From Plasmodiophora brassicae (lineage: Eukaryota), in NCBI GenBank assembly GCA_036867785.1, contig CP145411.1:1674001-1738000 (forward strand): 64,000 bases of DNA, given 5' to 3'. Position 1 is the stretch's first letter. Each line of letters starts with the position of its first letter. The translations under genes were made by a program, and so were the position numbers. The notes beneath the pieces were generated by a model that searched no databases, was not told the DNA's origin, and saw only the letters and a program-made list of their open reading frames with translations. Positions 50,901 to 61,429 of the stretch are shown piece by piece.

Positions 50901-50976
50901 TAGGACGTCCCTTGTGACCGCGGGCGGTAGCAGCGCATACGAACACAAGGACGATGACGAGCGTCGAGCACTGCAT
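47958..50976 (-). CDS. Secreted Trf4/TENT4-like terminal nucleotidyltransferase, array copy 12
   Basis: Signal exon MQCSTLVIVLVFVCAATARG with phase-2 intron; KKKKKKK; GSFVYGLHLSAPVSDLD, NIDIAWN; final exon LCIENPFNRAIDVGRS. Confidence 0.88.
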
Positions 50977-51442
50977 GATCACTGACACCTACTTCGAAGA
51001 AAGCGAAATGCTGGGTTTTTGACTGGCGCACTTTTCCGAATTATTCCCATGCTCTCGCAATTGTTGGTATTTTGCGCGAGTTGACCCGTCGCACGCACTG
51101 CATGTCCTGACAGCTATGTACATATCTACCTCAGCTGTCAATCACTATTATTTACTGCCGTCAACGTTTTTCCTCGGGTGGCGTAAGAGACGTTGGCAAG
51201 GTCGCCGCCCGGCTCGTGCTTGCATTCAGCGCTGTGCGGGGCGTTGCGTTAAGCGAGAGCGACGCGAAAAGCCTGCGCCGGTAGGCGGCCCTGGTAATGA
51301 TTCTGACTCGAGCTTACCACTGGTATCGATGTGCGCAACCGGTGATCAAAGTGCAGGGCCGATTCGAGCTAAAGTGATAAATATACTGCCCGCTTCTGAG
51401 TCCAGCCTCCAGGGCGACGGTGCAAAAAAAGCGGAAAAATAA

Positions 51443-51515
51443 TCGCTCGGCCACGCTTCGATCGTGGGACCTATGGGTTATGGGCCCATCGCTCTTCCTA
51501 CTGAGCTACCAAGCG
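51443..51515 (-). tRNA. tRNA-Met (CAT), initiator-type
   Basis: Cloverleaf CGCTTGG-TA-GCTC AGTAGGAA GAGC-G-ATGGG CC CAT AA CCCAT-AGGTC-CCACG ATCGAAG CGTGG-CCGAGCG-A. GGG/CCC anticodon stem, A54 T-loop, downstream oligo-T Pol III terminator. Confidence 0.92.
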
Positions 51516-52230
51516 CACTTGACGTTTTTTCCGGTTCCAGATGGTGCCTAAGTGAATTGAATGCTAGCAAGCATGGCCTCGATTAACTCACAACAACCGC
51601 GGTAGGATTGTACACCGCGTCCCAAGCACATCGCGCATCGCGACCTCGAACGCCGAAGAACATTCAGATTCGGAGCAACGGGTACCCGGTCGCCGCCGAC
51701 CTGGGTTTCCCTGCAGGACGCCTAGGTCCTAGGGTCGCCGGGATTTCGCTGCATCCGACCTTGAGAGCGCGGTGTTGAATGGCACGTGCGCGGACTGGTG
51801 GTCGGTGGACATGGTCCCGTATTTGTTGAACACGTGCCGCTGAAGTTACACGTTCCACCGTATTTTTATGCTATCGCTGTCACCCCGCGTCCCCCGATGA
51901 ATCGGTTGGGTATGGTTCCGGTTGCCAGCGGTTACCTGGCGCCAAGACATAAAGGATTTACCCTGGGTTCAATGCCGACTATGCCCAGTTCCGACGATAA
52001 CACCCTAATGCCGCGCGGGGTCGTCGTAAACGTGGTGTTGGATGTTTACCGTGTCGTTTCCAACACTGGACCAGGCGTCGGCAGCGACGGTACATTTTTG
52101 GTCGGGCTTTTTTGTGCGCGTTGCACGTTGCCCCAGGGCCGTCGTCTGATCCGAAGTGGACGTTGAGCTCAAAGTGGGTCGCAGTGCAGCTGGGTTGGCG
52201 TCCTGGGTCGGCTGGGCCATCGGCGGCAGC

Positions 52231-54572
52231 ATGACGTCCACGACACTCCAAGTGGCGAACGTGCCCGGTAACCAGTATGTCTTCACGAACGCCGTGTACG
52301 TGCACCCGAGCTCGGCCGCCTTGGTCGTCCCAGCCTATCAAGGAGGCGCGTTCGTCATCCTGAACGACGACATTGTATACGAAATCAAGTACGCCCCGGA
52401 TCGGTGTGCACGTTCGCCAAACCCTTATCGTCGTGTGTAGGATTCTGGACCAGATCGAGCCCGGGAACATTGGCATGAACGCGCTACAACGTGCTGCGAC
52501 AAGGGTGTCGATTCCGGGGACGTTGCAAGCGAAACCGCTGAACGTCCCCGACAACGTCAACATGAACCTGGCCGTACTGCAGTTCGAGATATCGCCCATA
52601 TCGAAAGCGAAATCCACGCTTGACGAGGACGCTCTGGTCCAGCACTTCCACGACAAGCTGTCGTACATGATCTGGAGCGTCGGCCAGGCGCTGGCCATCG
52701 ACTACCAGGGGACCAGCATCAAGGTGACCGTTCTCCACCTGGAAATCGCGGAGATCGGCGGCGCCAAGTCGATGGCGCCGCCGCGCGGCGTCATCCTGAA
52801 AGGCACGACGATGGTGTCGTTCGAGACGACGAAACGGGATACGCTGATCACGCTGCAGAAGAGCCGCGCTCAGGCTCGCAGCAACATTCTCCGCCCGTCG
52901 TTCAAGTTCGCCGACATGGGCATCGGCGGTCTGGACGAAGAGTTTGGGCAGATCTTCCGGCGGGCGTTCGCGTCCCGAACGTTCCCGCCTGATGTGATTC
53001 AGAAGCTGGGCATTTCGCACGTTCGCGGCATGCTTCTTCATGGGCCGCCCGGTACGGGCAAGACGCTCATCGCCAGGCAGATCGGCAAGATGCTGCACGG
53101 GCGCGAACCGAAGGTCGTCAACGGTCCCGAGATCCTGAACAAGTTCGTGGGCGCGTCCGAGGAGAACATTCGGAAGCTGTTCGAAGACGCCGAGGCGGAC
53201 TATGCGCAGAACGGGGAACACGCCGACCTGCACATCATCATATTCGACGAGATCGATGCGATCTGCAAGCAGCGCGGTTCGACGGGGTCGTCGACCGGCG
53301 TCCACGACACGGTCGTCAACCAGCTGCTCAGCAAGATCGACGGTGTCAACTCGTTGAACAACATCCTCGTCATCGGGATGACGAACCGGAAGGACATGAT
53401 CGACGAAGCGCTGCTGCGACCTGGGCGTCTTGAGGTGCATGTCGAAATCGGGCTGCCCGACGAGAACGGCCGCCACGACATCTTGATGATCCATACGAAG
53501 GCGATGCGCGATTCCGGGTGCCTGGACCCCGACGTCGACCTGCGCGTCCTTGCCGCAAAGACGAAGAACTTCAGCGGCGCCGAGATCGCTGGGCTTGTCA
53601 AGAGCGCGACGTCGTTCGCGCTGTACGGCAACGTGGACATCAAGTCGGCCGACTCGGTCGCGGTGCGCAGCACCAGCGACGTCCTCGTGAAGATGGCGCA
53701 CTTCGAGCAAGCGCTTCTGGAGGTCGTGCCGGCGTTCGGCGTGTCTGAAGATGAACTTCGGGCTTGCGTCCGCAACGGTCTCGTCAACTACGGTCCACCG
53801 TTCGACAAGATCCTGGAAGATTGTATGCGGGTCCTGTGCGCGTCGCTTTAGGGTTGCCTGACACGTATCGGCAGGTCGGAGCTTCATCAACCAGATCAAG
53901 AACTCGGAGCAGACGCCGCTGCTATCGCTGTTGCTGCATGGCGAGATTGGATGTGGGAAGACGGCGATTGCCGCCCAGCTGGCGATGGAGAGCGGCGTGC
54001 CGTTCATCAAGCTGATCACGCCCGACGACTTTGTCGGCCTGTCGGAAAACGAGAAGGTGTCGCGGATCCTGAAGGTGTTCCGGGACGCGTACAAGTCGCC
54101 GGTCAGCATCATCATCCTCGACAACATCGAGCGGCTGCTGGATTACACGCGTATCGGGCCGCGCTTCTCGAACACGGTCCTGCAGGCGCTGCTGGTCCTG
54201 ATCAAGAAGCAGCCGCCCAGCGAGAAGCGCCGCCTGCTGATCATCGGCACGACGAGCAACAGCGACGTCATGAAGGAAATGCAGTTCGACCAAGTGTTCG
54301 ACTCGCGGTTGGCCGTGCCACAGATCCAGTACGGCGAGGAGGTCCTGCGCGTCTTCCAGGAGATGAAGGTCCGGGTCAACGAGGCCGACGCCACCCGCGT
54401 CATATCGTCGATGCACTACCCGATCGGCATCAAGACGCTGCTCCTCGTCATTGAGATGGCGCTGCAGGCCGGCAACGGCGTCCTGACATACGACAACTTC
54501 GCACACGGCCTGCAGACGTGTACGCTGACGCGGGCCGTCGCAGCGTCGCCGCCCATCCTCAACGGCCTGTAG
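52231..54572 (+). CDS. NSF: Vesicle-fusing ATPase NSF/Sec18 (introns ~52404-52440 and ~53831-53875)
   Basis: MGIGGLDEEFGQIFRRAFASR, GPPGTGKT, IIFDEIDAICKQRG, LLSKIDGV, second AAA domain GEIGCGKT, IGPRFSN. Confidence 0.97.
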
Positions 54573-54613
54573 GACGCCCCCTGCCCACTATATTGTAATT
54601 CTAAACGAGATCG

Positions 54614-55201
54614 TCAGACAGCCCTCCACGTCCCCGTCGTTTCATCAAACGTTTCGGTCCAGATCCGACCCGGTTTCGCAGGCCTCGATTTCGTCGGTGC
54701 GCGATCGACCGTCGCTGTGGCCAGGCGATGCCGCTCGGCACCGTACCACTGCCGCGCCGATGCTGGCAGCGCGTTCCACATACGAACCAGCGCTCCGACT
54801 TGCGCCTTGTCTGTTGGAAACACGACATCACACTTGCGCAACCAAACCACGATCGACACGCGCCTAACCGGATAGGTCCAGCAGCTCAAAATCGGGTTGA
54901 AACGCAACGAACACTTCGACTGTCGCTGGCAATCAGGGACCGACGCGAAACGACGCAGCCGCGCGTCCGTACAGGGTGTCACGCGATGATCCCGTGCGTC
55001 CTCCTCGACGTACGGGCGCAGGTGCCGCAGCGTTTTCGCGGCCACGTCCGGCGCCGCACGGAACACGACGCCGCGCGCCAGCGGCGCCACGCCGTCGTCG
55101 CGCGGCGGCGCCGGCTTCACACCCGCAGGCGCCGGCGCGCCCTCGGATCGGACCAGGACGAGCGACCCCGGCCCGACCGCCATCACGCCGCTGCGCCACA
55201 T
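54614..55201 (-). CDS. Hypothetical protein, possibly with an HMG-box-like C-terminal helix
   Basis: Open GC-rich frame. LVRMWNALPASARQWY resembles the end of an HMG box; weak. Confidence 0.35.
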   Translation of the reverse strand: MWRSGVMAVGPGSLVLVRSEGAPAPAGVKPAPPRDDGVAPLARGVVFRAAPDVAAKTLRHLRPYVEEDARDHRVTPCTDARLRRFASVPDCQRQSKCSLRFNPILSCWTYPVRRVSIVVWLRKCDVVFPTDKAQVGALVRMWNALPASARQWYGAERHRLATATVDRAPTKSRPAKPGRIWTETFDETTGTWRAV

Positions 55202-55249
55202 CGCCAAAATCCCAACTGACCCGTCGCACCAGCGGCAGCACGTCCGCCT

Positions 55250-55403
55250 GTCCAGTGAGACCCAACTCCGGCGCTGCAGGCCTGCAGCTCGCCCGCCCGT
55301 CCAGTGAGATGGATGACCCAACTCCGGCGCTGCAGGCCTGCAGCTCGCCCGCCAGTCCAGTGAGAACGGATGACCCAACTCCGGCGCTGCAGCTCGCCCG
55401 CCC
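55250..55403. repeat. Three-copy ~50-55 bp tandem repeat
   Basis: GTCCAGTGAGA(...)CCCAACTCCGGCGCTGCAG(GCCTGCAG)CTCGCCCGCC x3 with small indels. Confidence 0.9.
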
Positions 55404-55553
55404 TGCCATGTTACCCGTATCGCGCTGCACAGGTTAATGGCGCGTCCTCATGTCGGAGCGCTGCCCTGCGCCTGGCGTCAGCGGCCGGGGCTGCAACAGG
55501 AGGTCGGTGCGTTGTTGTAGTGTCAGGGGCCGTGCACGTGCACGCCTGTACGT

Positions 55554-56483
55554 ATGGAGCCGGCACGCGACGATCGCGTCTGCGCCAAGTCATGCGTGGT
55601 CACGCTGGCGATCACGCTGGGCGCTCTCCTGGTGCTGATCGCGCTGGCCGTCGGGTTGCCTCTCCTGATTGTCGTCTTCGCCCTGGCGTTCGTCCCTGCC
55701 GCCGTCATCTTCACCTGGGCGCGACGCGCGCGCGACCGACCGAACGGCGCCGACGTGCGAATCCCGGATCCGCTGACGCTGAAGGTCTCGTTCTGGCGCG
55801 GGTTCCTCTTTGTCATTATCCCACTGGTCCCGGAGCTCCTGCTCATGTACCTGCTGGTCCCGGCCGTCTTCGGCGACCTGGAGCACGCGCCGCTGGGCGC
55901 CTACCTAGCCGGGCAGGTCGTCAACGCGGGCATCACACCTGGCGTCGTCGAGGAGCTCTACAAGTGGTGGCTGACCAGCCTGGCCATCACAATGCACAAC
56001 GGACGATCGCCGCAACCGCCGCCGTTACTCGCGTCGGACATCATCGTCTTGGCCGTGTTCAGCGCGCTCGGCTTCCTGACCTTCGAGGACCTCGAGTACG
56101 CGGTCGGGTCGGCCACCACCGGCGGCCTGGTCGTGGCCGGCCTGACCATCGTCCTTCGGATCCTGTCGTTCCCGCTGCATCTGTCGTTCGCGGCCATGTC
56201 CGGCAAGGCGATCGCCGACCGGGTCCAGGCGGGCCGTCACGCCTGGATCGTGACGCCGCGCGGCATCTGGAGGCAGGTCGGCCTGCACGCCCTGTACGAC
56301 TACGTCCTGACGGTGTCCATCGCCCCGCAAGTAACGGACGCGTGGCCGTACGCCCCCGTCCTGCTCGTCGTCCCGATCGCCATCGTCGTATGGTGCGCCG
56401 TCTACCTGTGGCAGACCCTGCACGCCATCACCCGGGTGGCCATCCCACCTCCAGACGACGTCGTCGTCCAGGTGCCCCGATAG
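55554..56483 (+). CDS. PrsW-family intramembrane glutamic/metalloprotease
   Basis: Multi-TM single ORF with GVVEELYK, ALGFLTFEDLEY, R...PLH and LHALYD, the four PrsW motifs. Confidence 0.85.
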   Translation: MEPARDDRVCAKSCVVTLAITLGALLVLIALAVGLPLLIVVFALAFVPAAVIFTWARRARDRPNGADVRIPDPLTLKVSFWRGFLFVIIPLVPELLLMYLLVPAVFGDLEHAPLGAYLAGQVVNAGITPGVVEELYKWWLTSLAITMHNGRSPQPPPLLASDIIVLAVFSALGFLTFEDLEYAVGSATTGGLVVAGLTIVLRILSFPLHLSFAAMSGKAIADRVQAGRHAWIVTPRGIWRQVGLHALYDYVLTVSIAPQVTDAWPYAPVLLVVPIAIVVWCAVYLWQTLHAITRVAIPPPDDVVVQVPR

Positions 56484-56521
56484 GCGAATGCTGCACAATG
56501 AACCGCCGGTTTAGGTGAATA

Positions 56522-58562
56522 TTAAATAGCAGGGCGGGAATCGATCCGCCGCGTGGTATCCTCGGGAGGCGGCGCGGTGACGCCCGGGACGGGTGTTCCA
56601 GGGTCGGGGCCATCATCATCGAACGCTGCGACGATGCCGTCGATGGCGTGCTCGGACAGGACGCCGAATTCCCATAGCACAATGAGGTGGGACAGGAGCG
56701 CCTGACCGACCCGCCGACACGTGAGCCGCGCTGGCATTTGCCACGACGATCGAACACGCGCGGGTTACCTGCCGAAGGTCCCCCTGGACGAGTTCGGAGC
56801 GACGTTCGCGAACGAAACGCAGGCAGGCGTCGTCGAGGTCGCGATCCGACCCCGGGGGATGGCGCCGTACGAACAGATTCCAAATCGACATGAAACGCTT
56901 CTCGTCGTCAGCGACGTCCTCGAAAAGCGCCAATGTCTGATGCAGGGCGCCGAGGTCAGCGGCGCGCGCCCCGGAACGACGAGGAGGGGGAGGGGTGCAC
57001 CGACCTGATCGGACTGACTGCGAACCCAGGCGTCGTCAACGTCCAGGTCGCTGTCATCGGGCACGCTGGCGTCCGGCAACCGGCAGGGCGTGAACGTGGT
57101 GCCGTGATAGAAGACGCGCTTCCCGAGCGGAACGGACAGTGGCACCTGTCGACCAGTGAGTCGCACGATCGCAGGGAGCGGCGGCGGGGCCGTCCAACTT
57201 ACGGGCGCTTTCCGCTTCGGCCATTTACGGTAGGTCGGCCGCGAATCATCGCGAGGCCGGGACGGCTTCATGGTCGGCGCGCCAATACCAAGAAGCTCGG
57301 CCAGACGCGACCCGCTGGACAGCGTGTGCGTCTTGCACAGGTAGCTGGACAGACGATCCGCAATCTCGCGACCGTTGCGGAACGAGAACGCGGGCGTATC
57401 GTCGCGAAGGATCGGCGACAGCGACGACGGGATCCCCGGTGGCCAGTCGTCGCTCAACGGCGTGCGAGACACGACCAATGTCGTACCGCGCCTGGCGTAG
57501 TACAGGTGCCCATGCATACAGCAGAGGTGGACCAGCAGCTGACGAGCGTCAGCGCAGTCGGCCGGGCAGAAGGGGCACCTCGCGGACCGAACGAGTTCGC
57601 AGCGTCGTGCCGACCCAAACAGGTACATGATCGTCGTCTTCGCGTTCGCCACCGGCGGGTCCTTCGCCCTTGGCCGCGTGCGGTCCCCGGTCGTCGGCGT
57701 CTCGTGCGTGTACCACCAGGCGAACTGGACGTTCATGCACCCGACACGTTCCTGAAGTCAGACATCAGGGACGGGGTCGCCGAACGGAAACGGCCCGGCG
57801 CGATACCATGGACGACGAGTACAATGGCAGGTCGATGGCTGACGGCGGCAGGCATTTCGTGAAGTTCTGCAGTAGCGACACAGATGCACACGAACGTTAG
57901 AACGCGGTCGCCGTGCTATGCATCGAGCGGGGACCGACGCTGGAAATCGTGGACAGGTCGAGGACGACTCGCGCCGTGTCGTCCCGATCGGAGACCACCT
58001 GATGAAGTGCATGAGCGACCAATGGCCCAGGCGCGCACCGGATGACGGGTACGTGGAAGCGAACGCTCCAGCGAGTCGGATCGCGCTGCCGCTCGAGGAA
58101 ATTCGTGGAGAATTGCAGGAACAGCGACTCGGTCGGGTCGAATCCCGGGGGCAGGCGCACGTCGACGGCGTCCATGGTGCGCTTCCCTTGGTACAGGAAC
58201 GCCTGCAGGCGTTGCGGCGGTGCCCTGTTCTGGACGACGTGGACCAGCACGGCCAGTCGTTTGGCAACCGGACCGCCAGCGCTGACGGATGCGTCGTTCG
58301 CCGCTGTGCACAGCCGCATCGGCAGCAGGTCCAGGCCGTGCACAGATCGCGTACGTCGCCGCCGGCCCGCCGCGTACCGCAGCGTCCGCTGGAGAAACGA
58401 CGGCTGCCCAACACGATGCCACAGTCAGAGCGGCGCCTGGCAAACAGCAACTGCGCCCCGTTCGGGACCGACGTTCGAGCACGCCCGGAGGTGCAGCATG
58501 CGATACAGGATGGCCGGCGGGCGGTACTCGTCGGCGAACGACGCCGCGAGGTCACCGACCAT
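56522..58562 (-). CDS. SUZ12: Polycomb PRC2 subunit SUZ12/EMF2-like (C2H2 zinc finger plus VEFS box), multi-exon
   Basis: N-terminal YRPPAILYRMLHLR; CPFC..C...LLVHLCCMH; VEFS box RVFYH...DDSDLDVD..W...FEDVADDEKRFMSIWNLFV...HLIVLWEFGVL. Confidence 0.85.
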
Positions 58563-58946
58563 GACGCCACGCGGACTGATCGCTGCCGGACCCCGCCCCC
58601 GCCCACCACCGTCCCAAACAATCCGCCACCGGCGAACCGCGCCCTGCCCAGGTCCTCCAAATGTGGGGCGGCGGGTCGGCGCGCGCGCGACGTATTTTGT
58701 GGTTCGTCGTCGCGGTCGCCGCCTCGTGTGGGTCCTCTGCCGCCTCTGCGCCAGTCGGGAGCTGCATCCCCAGTCGGCGTGGACGGAAGCTGCAACCGAC
58801 CGCCGCCCGTCGGAGCGGTGTAGTAGGTTGTCTGCCGGGCGCCAGTCGCAAGCTGCAAAGCCAGGGTCCGGACCCACTGTCGTGTCGAGCTTATTTTAAT
58901 CACAGTGAGGGGTGATGCCGCCGGTGGGGTTTAAACGCGGCCGACG

Positions 58947-61195
58947 CTACTGCGGCGTGCACGCGCCGTTGGGTGTCGGTTCGCCCGGGGTCGTGATAGG
59001 GACCGGGTGGTGCTCGTCGTCGTCGCGCTGGTCGTGGTCGCGTTGCAGGACGAGCGATTCGTTGAGCGAGGTTTGCAGGACGAACGCAATGAGGAGCATG
59101 AGGGTTTGGGAGAGCAGGCCCCAGCGCAGCGAGTTCGTGGCCTCATTGACGGCGGCGAATACGAGCGTGGCCAGCCAGCCCAGGGACACTTGCGCAAAGT
59201 TGAACAGGCCAAAGTACTCGGCCTCGAAACTGACCGGGATCATGGAGGCGAACACGGCACGCGCCAGCGTCAGGCTGCCGCCGAAGCTCAGCCCGAGCAG
59301 GGGGACGATCAGGATCAGCCAGATGGACGACGACGCATCGAGGAGCAAGATGAACGACAGCACCAACGTGATGATCCACAGCAGGTACGACATGGCCAGG
59401 GCCCGGGAGAACCCGATCCAGGAGCCGACGCGCTGGAACAGCAACGCGCCGACGATCCCGAACATGATCGTCGCCAGCATCAGCATGCCGATCGTGCTGC
59501 CGTCCAGGTCCAGCTGCACGTTGAAGAACGTCGTCGCCATGGTGATCGTGGCGCCACCCGCCGCCGAGTACAGCGCCAGGGCGATCAGGAACCGCGTCAT
59601 CACCGTGTCGTGCGTCGTTCGGCAGATCGTGTGGCCCAGCTCGACGAACGACCGCACGATGATCACATGAACGGGAAGGTCGCTGGATCCCGCACGGACA
59701 CGCTTGCCCAGGTTTCGTACCGACATCCACGTCCAGACCGCGTACCAGATGCCGCACAGGCACACAGACAGCGGCACCCACGGGTTCGGCGCGCTGAACG
59801 CCTCCGCCTTGTCGATCAGGATCGTGGCAACGTCGCCGGACGCGGACCGGAATGCGACCTCGTACGCCAGGCGACGAGTCGTTCGCGGGAGAGCATCCTG
59901 GGCAGGGAGCGTTTGAGCACGTTCAACGGGAGCGACCGGACGACGAGGCTTACCAAGGTGAAGGTCATCTGCCGCGGTTTCCGGTGGACGTCGAATTCAG
60001 GGCTCTCGTGCACAGCGTGGATCTGCCCGGCATCACCTTCGGTCCACAATCGTATGCGGGCGAACGCCCGACCGGCCTGGCAGCTGGCCATGGCGTTGAC
60101 GCGGACCCACCGACCATCCAGCACGTCGCCCGTCGTCTGCTCGACCTGCAGGATACCGGCATGGCCTCGCACAGTCAACCTGAAAACGGCGAATCGGTCA
60201 CGTTGGAACGCATACGAGCATCCCAAGGTCGGCTTACTGCATGCTGTACGATGGGAACAGGCTGCCGTCGCTCTTAACGCGCTGGCAGATGTCGCCCAGG
60301 GCGCTGCACTTTGGGAACCGTCGATCCCAATCGTCGAACGAGAAATCGTCGGTCGGCGCGCCCGTGCGAACGTTCCACCGGTCGATGTCGTGCGGGAAGT
60401 CGAACTGCCCGCCCTTCGGCACAGCATCGTTACGCGTTGCTAACGATATCAAGAGCGGCGCGCAGACTCACCTGGAGTGACAGCTGCGCGTCCGACGACC
60501 GCGACAGAAGGTAGACGGCGACGGCGAGGGCGACCTGACTGGCGAACCCCAGCTGGGTCGCTCGTGCCGACACGTGACTGCGCTCGGATGCGCCTTCTGC
60601 AGCGGGGACGATCGTCAGTCGAGACGGGCATGGTCAGGTTTGCGTCGCGCCGACCTGCGATCTCAGGCAGGTACGAGTTCATGAGTAGGTCGGAGGCGGT
60701 GGACAGTAGCAGCGTGGCGATGACGACGACGCCGCCGAGCCACCAGGTCTGCATCTGGACGAAGATGGCGATGCAGAGGGAGACGGCGGCGCCCAGCGTC
60801 GTCCAGTACAGTAACCGGCGACGATGCGGGCTACAGTCGGCGACGGCGCCGACGATCGGGCAGACCAGCATGGACAGCAGAGAAAACGTCGTCGTGAACA
60901 CGGCCGGCAACGACGTTGGTTGCAGGCGCAGGCCGAGGACACCGACGCGACCGTCGTCGCCGGCGGAATGCCTCGTCAACAGGGTCACATACGGCAGGAA
61001 GTATCCGATGAGGACGATGGTGCTCGGGTACCGCTGCGAGCAGGTCAGATGTCAACGGCGCACCGGGCCACGCGATGGAGGACGTACCGCGATCGACATG
61101 AACACATAGCCGCGTCGCTCTTTGCGCTTGTCGACGGGTGGCGGCGCGGCTGGGGCCGTCCCCGATTTCAGGTCGGCACCGCACGACAACGCCAT
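58947..61195 (-). CDS. MFS transporter, ATG22/UMF1-like, multi-exon
   Basis: PIVGAVAD...RRRLL, MNSYLPEI, LARAVFASMIPVSFEAEYFGLF; many TM helices. Start approximate. Confidence 0.8.
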
Positions 61196-61429
61196 CCGCG
61201 TGCTGCTTCCTGCTTGCGGTGTAGGTAGTCGCCGTACGGCAAGCCAACTATATTTAGCCAAACCGCGCGAACACTCCGCACTCGTGATGACGTAGCACGG
61301 CCACGGCGGGTGCCGCACAGATTCCGTGTACGTAACAATATGCATGATGATTGTATGGATCGGCCGTTTACGTTATGGGCATTCCTGATAGGTCTCCGAT
61401 GTTGATGATGGTAACGACGACGACGCGGG

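Noticed and set aside
11704-50976. Array NTases as cGAS/OAS, CD-NTase or bacterial toxin nucleotidyltransferases
   Set aside because: PIIK, GGLGSF, FF.YYG and PFD...DVGRS identify the Trf4/Cid1 PAP-associated fold specifically.
51600-52170. Possible small gene divergent from NSF
   Set aside because: Only fragmentary ORFs; unsupported without transcripts.
52484-54127. 547-aa minus-strand ORF, and similar long antisense ORFs at 36206-37675 and 59007-60443
   Set aside because: Shadow frames of GC3-rich genes on the opposite strand.
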